Shown here: in pieces, positions 36,481 through 45,237 of the stretch
Position numbering within the stretch: position 1 is the first letter of the stretch
Layout: each line of letters opens with the position of its first letter
Assembly: GCA_965248925.1 (NCBI GenBank)
Contig: CBDFLE010000006.1
Location: 1,856,001-1,920,000 of the forward strand
Length of the DNA stretch: 64,000 nt
Reading direction: 5' to 3'
Source: Candidatus Multivoradales bacterium
GTDB taxonomy: Bacteria > Acidobacteriota > Thermoanaerobaculia > Multivoradales > J023
Made by a program: the position numbers and the translations under genes
The notes under the pieces: generated by a model
What the model was told of the DNA's origin: nothing
What the model saw: only the letters and a program-made list of their open reading frames with translations
Database searches by the model: none

Positions 36481-38502
36481 ATGCGATCCAAGATTCTCAT
36501 GACCCTTGCCACTTTGATGGTACTGATGTTGCCGCAGACCCTTTTCGCCCAGGATGTCGTCGCCGCTCCTGGCGTGGAGAAGATCAACAGAGAGCTGCTC
36601 TCTCGCCTGCAGAACAGCCGTAGCAAAGAGATGCATCGGGTGATCGTCACCTTGGCGCCCCTCGACACCGCCGCTGAGCGAGCCACCGCTTTCACCAGCG
36701 CCGCTCGGGAACTCAGCTTGCAGGCCAACATCACTCGCGCCCAAGACGCGGTCCTGCGCAGCCAACGGCGCGGCGATTTGCAGGTGCTTCACCGCTACCA
36801 GACGGTTTACGGTTTCTCGATGCTGGCGACCGACGCCGCCATCCTCGACCTGGCCTCGAACAGCGCTGTCGAGCACCTGGAACTGATGCCGATGCATCAC
36901 AAGATGGACGCCCAAGCCCACGCCATCACCAACGTCGACAATGTTCACTCAAACGGCACCACCGGCGCGGGAGTCACCATCGCCATCATCGACGACGGCA
37001 TCGACCACGACCACGCCGCCTTCGGCGGCTCGACGGCGTGGCCCAACGCCAAAATCCTCGGCGGCTTCGACTTCGCCGACAACGACTCGAACCCCCGCAT
37101 CGACTGCACCAGCCAGAGCCACGGCACCGCCACCACCGGCGTCGCCACTGGCAATGGCGGCGGCATCATCGGTTCGGCCAAGGGCGCCAAAGTGGTGTTC
37201 CTGAAGATCCAGTCGGCTTCGATCTGCGGCCAGAGCGGTCTCGACGGCGACATCATCGGCGCCATCGACTGGGCGGTCGCCAACCGCAACACCTTCTCAC
37301 CGGCGATCAAGATCATTTCGATGAGCCTCGGAGGCGGCCTCTTCTCCGGCAATTGCGACAGCTCCAGCTCGGCCTACGCCACCGCGGTGAACAACGCAGT
37401 CAACGCCGGCATCACCGTCGTTGCCGCCTCCGGCAACGACGGCTCGGCGAGCCAGATTTCTCGCCCAGCTTGCCTGTCGGGGGCAATCGCCGTCGGCGCC
37501 ACCTACGACGCCAACATCGGCGGCGCCAACTTCGGTATCTGCAACGACACCACCACCTCCGCCGACCTGGTGACTTGCTACTCCAACAGCAACGCTTCGA
37601 TCGACATCTTGGCGCCTTCGCATTGCGCCCTCACCGCCCAGGCCGGTGGCGGTCAGAACACCTGCTTCGGCGGCACGTCCTCAGCCACCCCCTACGCTGC
37701 CGGCGTCACCGCGCTGCTCTATGAGACGGACTCCGTCCTGACCCCGAGTGAGGCACGCTCGACCTTGAGTTCAACCGGCGTTGCGATCAGCGACCCGAAG
37801 AACAGCATTAGCAAACCGCGGGTCGACGCTGAGGCAGCGGTGGCCGCGGCTGGTGGTGGTGGCGGAACCGCCGCCCTAACCAATGGCGTGACTGTCTCCA
37901 GTCTCAACGCCAGCACCGGCAACGGCCTGTCCTTCACCCTGGCGGTGCCGGCGGGCGCCTCCGATCTGGTCTTCCAGACTTCCGGCGGTTCCGGCGACGC
38001 CGACCTCTACGTTAAATTCGACAGCGCGCCGACTACCGCCAATTACGACTGCCGTTCTTGGGCCACGGGCAACACCGAGACCTGCACTTTCGCCGCGCCG
38101 AGCGCCGGCACCTACTACGTGCTGCTGCACGCCTACAGCAGCTACAGCGGCACCTCCCTGACCGGCAGTTTCACCCCTCCCGGTAGCGGTGCCCCCTGCA
38201 CTGGCTGCGACCAGTATTCAGGGAGCCTCTCGGGCACCGGCGATTCGGACGTGCAGCCCAACGGCAATTACTACTTCTCCGGCAGCTCGGGCACCCACCA
38301 TGGCTGGCTCGAGGGCCCAGGCGCGGCCGACTTCGATCTCGAGCTCTATCGCTGGACCGGCAGCTGGACCAAGGTCGCCTCATCGGCCAGCGCCAGCTCT
38401 TCGGAAGAGATCAGCTACAACGGCGCCTCGGGCTACTACTACTGGAAGATCCTCTCCTACAGCGGCGGCGGCGGCTACGACTTCTGGCTCGACCGTCCTT
38501 GA
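36481..38502 (+). CDS. Secreted S8 (subtilisin-like) serine protease with propeptide and C-terminal PPC-type domains
   Basis: Signal peptide; catalytic motifs IAIIDDGID, SHGTAT, AASGNDG, GGTSSATP; PPC motif GGSGDADLYVK; C-terminal ADFDLELY domain. Confidence 0.93.
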   Translation: MRSKILMTLATLMVLMLPQTLFAQDVVAAPGVEKINRELLSRLQNSRSKEMHRVIVTLAPLDTAAERATAFTSAARELSLQANITRAQDAVLRSQRRGDLQVLHRYQTVYGFSMLATDAAILDLASNSAVEHLELMPMHHKMDAQAHAITNVDNVHSNGTTGAGVTIAIIDDGIDHDHAAFGGSTAWPNAKILGGFDFADNDSNPRIDCTSQSHGTATTGVATGNGGGIIGSAKGAKVVFLKIQSASICGQSGLDGDIIGAIDWAVANRNTFSPAIKIISMSLGGGLFSGNCDSSSSAYATAVNNAVNAGITVVAASGNDGSASQISRPACLSGAIAVGATYDANIGGANFGICNDTTTSADLVTCYSNSNASIDILAPSHCALTAQAGGGQNTCFGGTSSATPYAAGVTALLYETDSVLTPSEARSTLSSTGVAISDPKNSISKPRVDAEAAVAAAGGGGGTAALTNGVTVSSLNASTGNGLSFTLAVPAGASDLVFQTSGGSGDADLYVKFDSAPTTANYDCRSWATGNTETCTFAAPSAGTYYVLLHAYSSYSGTSLTGSFTPPGSGAPCTGCDQYSGSLSGTGDSDVQPNGNYYFSGSSGTHHGWLEGPGAADFDLELYRWTGSWTKVASSASASSSEEISYNGASGYYYWKILSYSGGGGYDFWLDRP

Positions 38503-38532
38503 GAGAGCAGTAGACAACTAGCCTATTAATCG

Positions 38533-38572
38533 AAAAGCCCGCCCACCCCTATCGGGTCGGCGGGCTTTTCTT
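38533..38572. terminator. Rho-independent terminator, potentially bidirectional
   Basis: AAAAGCCCGCC...GGCGGGCTTTTCTT, 30 nt after the protease stop. Confidence 0.88.
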
Positions 38573-38758
38573 GTGCAAAGGGCGATCAGCGCCGCGTCTG
38601 GGCGGCGGGGAGGTCTTTGCGCCGGGCGAAGACCAGCCGCCGGCCATCTTCGAAGCGCAACCTCAAGTGGTCGGTTTCGGACACGCCGCGAGACTAGCAG
38701 GTTCTCCCACACCCCCGACCCGACGAGACCAATCCGAGATGCTGATAGGCTGGTCTTC

Positions 38759-39382
38759 ATGGAAGCGATCCGCCAGCAGCGATGGACCTGGGACGACTAC
38801 CGTACCTGGAACGATGACCAGCGCCGCGAGCTGATCGATGGCGAGCCCTACTGCATGTCGCCTGCTCCAAGCAGTCGGCACCAAGTGATCGCGGTCGATC
38901 TCGTCGTACTACTGGCCCAACATTTCAAAGACAAGGTCTGCCGGCCGTTGGTCTCACCGATCGACGTCAAATTGACGGCAAACGACATCGTTCAACCGGA
39001 TCTGCTAGTGGTCTGCGATCCGTCACAGATCCACGAGACTCACATCGAAGGACCACCTGCGCTGATCGTGGAGATTCTCTCACCCTCTTCCGGACGCCAC
39101 GACCGAGTGCGCAAGCTGAATCTCTACGCCCGCTCTGGCGTTGCTGAATACTGGCTGATCCAGCCCTACCCGGCGGTGGTCGAAGTACTACGGCTGGATG
39201 GCGACAGCTACCGCATCGCTGGTGTCTACACTGACCGCGATCACCTCTACAGCCCCACCTTCCCTGAATTGACCCTGGACCTGGCCGAGGTATTCACTCT
39301 GCCGGTTCCCATCGCGGAACGGATCGATGAGATCCGTGAGTCCCTGCCACCGCCCTACGACTCAGGAACGGTCGGAGCTTAG
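38759..39382 (+). CDS. Uma2-family (DUF820) PD-(D/E)xK endonuclease-like protein, copy 1
   Basis: ELIDGE, SPAPSSRHQ, VQPDLLVVC, VEILSPS, DRVRKLNLY, GVAEYWLI. Confidence 0.92.
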   Translation: MEAIRQQRWTWDDYRTWNDDQRRELIDGEPYCMSPAPSSRHQVIAVDLVVLLAQHFKDKVCRPLVSPIDVKLTANDIVQPDLLVVCDPSQIHETHIEGPPALIVEILSPSSGRHDRVRKLNLYARSGVAEYWLIQPYPAVVEVLRLDGDSYRIAGVYTDRDHLYSPTFPELTLDLAEVFTLPVPIAERIDEIRESLPPPYDSGTVGA

Positions 39383-39468
39383 TGCCCCTTTTCCGCAAAC
39401 CGACCACCAGCACAGGCTAAGGCATACCGAGGACAACTGTTTTTCATCTCCGCTCCTACCTTCTCGGC

Positions 39469-40335
39469 TTGCTCTTGCTCTACCTGCTGGCCCCATCTGC
39501 CCAAGCGCAGAGCCCGGCCGCCGCTGTCGCCCCCGAGCACGGCTCTCTGTTGATCGCTGGTGGCGCGGTGAGCGACCCGGCGATCTACCAACGTTTCCTG
39601 GACCTCGCCGGTGGCCCCGATGCGTCGATCGTGGTCATTCCCACCGCTGGCGGCCAAGAGATCTACGATCAAAGCTGGCCTGGGCTAAGCACTTGGCGCC
39701 AAGCAGGTGCAACAAATCTGACGGTATTGCACACCACGCAGCGAAAAGTGGCGATGAACACCGCCTTTGTTGCACCGTTGAAAAAGGCCAGCGGAGTGTG
39801 GTTTTCCGGCGGCCGTCAGTGGCGACTGGCCGATTCCTACCTCGGTACTCGAGTGCATCAAGAAATCCTGGAATTGCTCGATCGTGGCGGCGTGGTAGGC
39901 GGTTCTTCAGCCGGCGCCACTATCCAAGGCTCGTATCTGGCACGCGGCGACAGCCACACCAATACGATCATGATGGGCGATCACGAAGAAGGCTTGGGGT
40001 TGCTGAAAAACGTCGCCATCGATCAGCATTTGCTGGCTCGCAACCGACAGTTTGATCTGCTGGAGATCGTTCGAGCCAAGCCTGAGCTACTCGGCATCGG
40101 TCTCGATGAGAACACCGCCATCGTGGTGCAAGACGGCCTCTTTGAGGTCATCGGCCAAAGCTACGTCGCGATCTACGACAGTCAGCGCCAGATCGACACC
40201 GGGGGCTCGTTCTACTTCCTCGCCGCGGGTGATCGCTTCGACCTCTCCAGCCGCCAGCCCTACCGCTTCAACCGCCGCCTGGAACCCCTAGAACGCGTGG
40301 TCGAGCGCCAGACCCTGCTCGAAGCCAAGCCTTGA
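39469..40335 (+). CDS. Cyanophycinase / peptidase S51 family protein, probably secreted
   Basis: LLIAGG, VIPTAG, FSGGRQWRL, GGSSAGA, IDQH, GIGLDENTA, signal-peptide-like end SAQA. True start uncertain. Confidence 0.88.
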   Translation: MLLLYLLAPSAQAQSPAAAVAPEHGSLLIAGGAVSDPAIYQRFLDLAGGPDASIVVIPTAGGQEIYDQSWPGLSTWRQAGATNLTVLHTTQRKVAMNTAFVAPLKKASGVWFSGGRQWRLADSYLGTRVHQEILELLDRGGVVGGSSAGATIQGSYLARGDSHTNTIMMGDHEEGLGLLKNVAIDQHLLARNRQFDLLEIVRAKPELLGIGLDENTAIVVQDGLFEVIGQSYVAIYDSQRQIDTGGSFYFLAAGDRFDLSSRQPYRFNRRLEPLERVVERQTLLEAKP

Positions 40336-40413
40336 GCGCAAAGTTCTGAACGGAATCCGCGACCACTTTTGGCATATCGAATCGCGACCATATGGGCTGA
40401 TAGGCTCTTGGCC

Positions 40414-41034
40414 ATGGAAACCGCGCGGCAAGATCGATGGTCGTGGGACGACTATCGCAGCTGGAACGACGATCAGCGCTGGGAGCTGCTCGACGGCGAG
40501 CCCTACTGCATGTCACCCGCTCCGGCCAGCCGGCATCAAGCGATCGCCCTCGATCTCGGCGCACTCCTCACCCAACACTTCAAGAGTAGAGCCTGCCGAC
40601 CGTTCATCGCACCGATCGACCTCAAGCTGACGGCTCACGACATTGTGCAACCGGATCTGTTAGTGGTCTGCGACCCCTCACAGATCCGCGAGACCCACAT
40701 CGACGGGCCACCAGCACTGGTGGTGGAAATCCTCTCGCCCTCGTCCGGGCGCCACGACCGGGTGCGCAAACTGGGCCTCTACGCCCGCTCCGGTGTCACC
40801 GAATATTGGCTGATCCAGCCCTACCCAGCGGTGGTCGAGGTACTTCGATTAGATGGCGACAGTTACCGCATCGCTGGCGTTTACACCGACCGCGACCTCC
40901 TCCTCAGCCCCACCTTCCCCGAGCTGACCCTAGACCTGTCCGAGATCTTCACCCTGCCGGTGCCCGCCGAGGAACGGATCGACGAGGTCCGCGAATCTCC
41001 ACCGCCGCCCTACACGGCCGCGGTGGAAGTCTAG
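40414..41034 (+). CDS. Uma2-family (DUF820) endonuclease-like protein, copy 2
   Basis: Same motifs as copy 1, with long identical stretches such as EYWLIQPYPAVVEVLRLDGDSYRIAGVYTDRD. Confidence 0.92.
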   Translation: METARQDRWSWDDYRSWNDDQRWELLDGEPYCMSPAPASRHQAIALDLGALLTQHFKSRACRPFIAPIDLKLTAHDIVQPDLLVVCDPSQIRETHIDGPPALVVEILSPSSGRHDRVRKLGLYARSGVTEYWLIQPYPAVVEVLRLDGDSYRIAGVYTDRDLLLSPTFPELTLDLSEIFTLPVPAEERIDEVRESPPPPYTAAVEV

Positions 41035-41783
41035 GTTCGGGTCGGGCCAGCTGTCGCTCTACTGCTCTTACCGCCCCGCTTCAACCGCCGCTTTCCAGAA
41101 GTCGAGATGGGCGCGCGGGATGCCTTGCGGCCGAGAAAAATGGTGTGCCGCACACCACCCCGCTGGTGGCCGCGGGCGTTGATCGACCGAGCCTCGAAGC
41201 CAGCTTTACGCAGCCGCTTGACGAATTTCGGATCCTCCTGCGCCGACCACACCGCCAGCACTCCCTCGGGTCGTAGCAGCTGGTGGATTCGCCTCAGCCC
41301 ATCCTCGCCGTAAAGCCGGCCGTTGGAATTCAGGCACCAGGCCGCCGGGCCGTCGTCGACGTCGAGCAAGACAGCATCGTACTCTTGCTCACCCGCCAAC
41401 GACTCCCAAACATCGCCCAGCTGCACCCGCACCCGGCGGTCGGCGAGCAGTTGCCCGTGCAGCTCGACCAGGTAGCGGCGCTGCCACTCGACCACTTCGG
41501 CAAAGTACTCCACGACGACGATCTCGGCCAATACCGGCAGCAGATCGAGTGCCGCGCGCAGGGTAAAACCTAGGCCAAGCCCACCGATCAGCATCCGCGG
41601 CGCCCGGCGTTGGGGCAGATGCTCGCAGCCGAGTTCAGCCAACCGGCGTTCAGAATCAGGCTGCCGAGTCGACATCAGCTCCTCGCCGTCGAGGTAGACG
41701 AAGAAATCCTTACCACGACCGTGCAAAGTCAGATCCTGGCCGTCGGGAGTGGTAACGCTAGCGAGTTTCTGGAAAATCTGCAT
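41031..41783 (-). CDS. Spermidine-synthase-like SAM-dependent protein
   Basis: GEELMSTR, IGGLGLGFTL, LLDVDDGP, GVLAVWS. Start is 41783 or 41819. Confidence 0.82.
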   Translation of the reverse strand: MQIFQKLASVTTPDGQDLTLHGRGKDFFVYLDGEELMSTRQPDSERRLAELGCEHLPQRRAPRMLIGGLGLGFTLRAALDLLPVLAEIVVVEYFAEVVEWQRRYLVELHGQLLADRRVRVQLGDVWESLAGEQEYDAVLLDVDDGPAAWCLNSNGRLYGEDGLRRIHQLLRPEGVLAVWSAQEDPKFVKRLRKAGFEARSINARGHQRGGVRHTIFLGRKASRAPISTSGKRRLKRGGKSSRATAGPTRT

Positions 41784-42000
41784 AGCGAGCTTACCGACCG
41801 GGCCGAGAGATTTCCGCATCGTCCTTGCGGCTCACTGTCCGAGCGGCAGCCCGGTAACCCTCGATCACTGCACTAGACGGCACTACGGGTTCCAGCCGTC
41901 CAGCCTGATAGGCCGCGAGGATCTCGTTCTCGTCTGGATCCAGATCAGGCATGGCAATAGCTCCTTGCTGGACAAGTACCGTAGATTCTGGCCGCCTGGC

Positions 42001-43875
42001 TCAAAACGTCCCCCCGAGTTCCTTTTGCTGGCGGTATTGCAACTCATAGAGCTTATGGTAGATGCCGCCGAGTTCGATCAGCTGGCGGTGGGTGCCTTGC
42101 TCGCGCATCCTTCCCTTGTGCAGCACCAAGATGCGGTCGGCGCGACGGATGGTAGACAGGCGGTGAGCGATCACCAGGCTGGTGCGGCCAGCTAGCAAGC
42201 GCTCCAAAGCTGCCTGGATAAGCTGCTCGGTCTCGGTGTCGATCGAGGCAGTGGCCTCGTCGAGGATCAGCACTCGCGGATCGAAGGCCAGGGCACGGGC
42301 AAAGGCGATCAGCTGCTTCTGCCCCACCGACAGCCCTGCGCCACGCTCGCGAACCGGCGCGGCAAAACCCTCCGGCAAACGATCGATAAAGGCCAGCGCA
42401 CCCACCTCGGCCGCGGCCTGGCGTAGGCGATCTTCACTGATCGAGGCCTCGCCCAGCCGGATATTGCTGCCGATGTCGCCGGAAAACAGGAAAACCTCCT
42501 GCAAAACCATGCCAATGCCGGCGCGCAGCCGCGCCAAATCCCAACGCCGTACATTGACCCCATCGACCCGAACGGCGCCCTCATCGACATCGTAGAAGCG
42601 CAGCAGCAGATTGGCCAGAGTGCTCTTGCCGGCACCGGTGTGCCCGACCACGGCAACCATCTCTCCGGGCTCGATGCGCAGGGAGATATCCCGCAATACC
42701 GGCTCGCCAGCTCGGTAGGAGAAGTTCACCCGGTCGAATTCGATCGCCCCCTCTATGGCCGGCGGACTGTAGGCGTCGGTGGGAGTGGTGATCAGCGATT
42801 TACTATCCAGCAGCTCGAAAATCCGTTCCGAACTGGCCATCGCGCTCTGCAAGATGTTGTATTTGTCGGAGAGGTCGGCAAGAGGCTGGTAGAAGCGCTG
42901 AGCGTATTGCAGAAAAGCCACCAGCGCCCCCAACGACAAAATCTTGCCCATCACCTGCAAACCGCCGTACCAAACGATCAGCCCAAGACCGATCGCGGTA
43001 ACCAGTTCGACCGCCGGGTAATAAACAGCGTAGTAGCCAATAGCTTGCACGTTGACATCGCGATGCTGACCGTTGATCTCAGCGAAGGCGGCTGCCTGGC
43101 GGCGCTCGCGGCCAAACAGCTGCACCACCGCCATGCCGCCGATGTGCTCCTGCAAGAAAGCGTTGATGGCGGCGATCTTGACCCGCACCAGGCGGTAGCT
43201 CTGCCGGGCGCGAATCTTGAACCAGAAGGTCAGCGCCAATAGCAACGGCAAGATGGAGAAACTCACCAGGGCCAGCTTCCAACTCAGCAAGAAGAGCATG
43301 GTAACGATGCCGAGAAGCAGAAAAATATCGCCAAAAACCGACACCAGACCGGCAGTGAAGAGTTCGTTGAGAGACGCCACGTCGGTGGTGGCACGGGTCA
43401 CCAGGCGGCCAATCGGTCGCCGATCGAGAAACGCCACATCGAGACGCTGTAGGCGAGTGAAGATGTCTCGTCGCAGGTCGCGCATGATCAGCTGCCCCAT
43501 CAATTCCATCACATAGGCCTGCCAGAACAGCACCACGAAGATCAGCGCCAAGGCCACCAGGTAGACCCCGGCCATCAGCGTGACTCCGGCCAGAGGATCC
43601 GTCGGCAAGCCCGCCGCCAACAGCTGCTCACCAAGCCACTGTGACAGTGGCGAGGCCCCGTCCCGTCCTCCGAACGGCTGAATGAACAGGTCGAGGGTCA
43701 CCGCGGTGACCAGCGGCCCCACCAACTGCAGCAGCGACGACAGCACGATCAACACTACAGCCGTCGCCGCCATGCCGCGGTAGGGACGCAAATAGACCAG
43801 CAGACGGCGCATCAGACGAGCGTCGTAGACCTTACCCACCGCGCTTTCTTCCTGAATCGTCGCCTGCTCCACCAT
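42001..43875 (-). CDS. ABC exporter, fused permease and ATPase (MdlB-like)
   Basis: GHTGAGKST, LSVGQKQ, ILDEATA, IAHRLST, N-terminal TM domain. Confidence 0.95.
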   Translation of the reverse strand: MVEQATIQEESAVGKVYDARLMRRLLVYLRPYRGMAATAVVLIVLSSLLQLVGPLVTAVTLDLFIQPFGGRDGASPLSQWLGEQLLAAGLPTDPLAGVTLMAGVYLVALALIFVVLFWQAYVMELMGQLIMRDLRRDIFTRLQRLDVAFLDRRPIGRLVTRATTDVASLNELFTAGLVSVFGDIFLLLGIVTMLFLLSWKLALVSFSILPLLLALTFWFKIRARQSYRLVRVKIAAINAFLQEHIGGMAVVQLFGRERRQAAAFAEINGQHRDVNVQAIGYYAVYYPAVELVTAIGLGLIVWYGGLQVMGKILSLGALVAFLQYAQRFYQPLADLSDKYNILQSAMASSERIFELLDSKSLITTPTDAYSPPAIEGAIEFDRVNFSYRAGEPVLRDISLRIEPGEMVAVVGHTGAGKSTLANLLLRFYDVDEGAVRVDGVNVRRWDLARLRAGIGMVLQEVFLFSGDIGSNIRLGEASISEDRLRQAAAEVGALAFIDRLPEGFAAPVRERGAGLSVGQKQLIAFARALAFDPRVLILDEATASIDTETEQLIQAALERLLAGRTSLVIAHRLSTIRRADRILVLHKGRMREQGTHRQLIELGGIYHKLYELQYRQQKELGGTF

Positions 43876-44112
43876 AGCCGCCGCACCTTACCGCAATGAA
43901 CTACCGCAGATCGACGGTCGCGAGGGCCTTCCTCAGCTGCCCGCTTTGCGTGCTGCCGGCCATCGTATAGACTTCCATCGATTGAGACACTGCGGGTGCC
44001 AGCCGCAAGGCGTGCGCCTGGAGCGACTCGATTCCAAGGAAGCTCTACAAAATCTAAGTTTGCTCGAAGAGGATTCGATGCGCTATCGAGCCCAGTTCAA
44101 GGGGATCCGACC

Positions 44113-45234
44113 GTGGCGACGCTGAATGCCCTACTCAAGAGTATGGTCGAACAGGGGGGCTCTGACCTCCACTTGACCATCAATTCGCCGCCACAGATCC
44201 GCGTCGACGGCAAGCTGACGCCGCTCAACCTGCCGCCCCTGAAGCCCACCGAGTGCAAGCGGTTGGCCTACTCGATCCTCACCGACTTGCAGAAACACCG
44301 TCTGGAAGAGGATCTGGAGATTGACTTCTCCTTCGGTATTCGCGGCCTGTCTCGCTTTCGTGCCAATGTCTTTCACCAGCGCGGCGCGGTGGCGGCGGTG
44401 TTTCGCACCATCCCCTACCAGATCCGCACTTTTCGTGAACTCGGCCTGCCCTCGGTCGTCGAGCGCATCTGCGAGAAGCCACGCGGGTTGGTGCTGGTCA
44501 CTGGCCCCACTGGCTCGGGCAAGACCACCACACTGGCGGCAATGCTCGACAAGGTCAACCGCGAGCGCCACGAGCACATCATCACCATCGAAGATCCGGT
44601 CGAGTATCTGCACGAGCACCAGAGCTGTCTGGTCAATCAGCGCGAGCTGCACGCCGACACCCACAGCTTCTCGAACGCGCTGCGCGCTGCTTTGCGCCAG
44701 GATCCTGATGTGGTGCTGATCGGCGAGATGCGCGATCTCGAGACCGTCGAGTCGGCGCTGCGCATCGCCGAGACCGGTCACTTGACCTTCGCCACCCTGC
44801 ACACCAACTCGGCGGCGCAGACCATGAACCGGATCATCGACGTCTTTCCGGCGCACCAGCAATCACAGATCCGAGCACAGCTATCGTTGGTGCTTGAAGG
44901 CATCCTCTGTCAGGCCCTGCTGCCCCGCTCCAACGGCACTGGCCGGGTAATGGCGATGGAGATCATGATACCGACAGCGGCGATCCGCAACTTGATCCGT
45001 GAAGACAAAATCCATCAGATCTACGGCATGATGCAGACCGGCCAGTCGACGCACGGCATGCAGACCTTCAACCAATCGCTGGCTTCGCTCTATTTCAAGC
45101 GGCAAGCGACGCTTCAAAGTGTCCTCGGCAGATCGAGCAGCGCCGAAGAACTCCAAGACATCATTTCGCGCGGACCCGCCGCGCTCAATCCGAATCTGCA
45201 GTCGCCACAGGCGGCGGCAAGCGCGAGGAGGTAG
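44113..45234 (+). CDS. pilT: Type IV pilus retraction ATPase
   Basis: GSDLHL, GPTGSGKTTT, TIEDPVE, LRQDPD, GEMRD, TLHTNS, AIRNLIRE, GMQT. Confidence 0.96.
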   Translation: MATLNALLKSMVEQGGSDLHLTINSPPQIRVDGKLTPLNLPPLKPTECKRLAYSILTDLQKHRLEEDLEIDFSFGIRGLSRFRANVFHQRGAVAAVFRTIPYQIRTFRELGLPSVVERICEKPRGLVLVTGPTGSGKTTTLAAMLDKVNRERHEHIITIEDPVEYLHEHQSCLVNQRELHADTHSFSNALRAALRQDPDVVLIGEMRDLETVESALRIAETGHLTFATLHTNSAAQTMNRIIDVFPAHQQSQIRAQLSLVLEGILCQALLPRSNGTGRVMAMEIMIPTAAIRNLIREDKIHQIYGMMQTGQSTHGMQTFNQSLASLYFKRQATLQSVLGRSSSAEELQDIISRGPAALNPNLQSPQAAASARR

Positions 45235-45237
45235 TCG

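Noticed and set aside
38759-41034. Composite transposon formed by the two Uma2 genes
   Set aside because: No terminal inverted repeats, target-site duplication or transposase motifs, and the copies differ at many synonymous sites.
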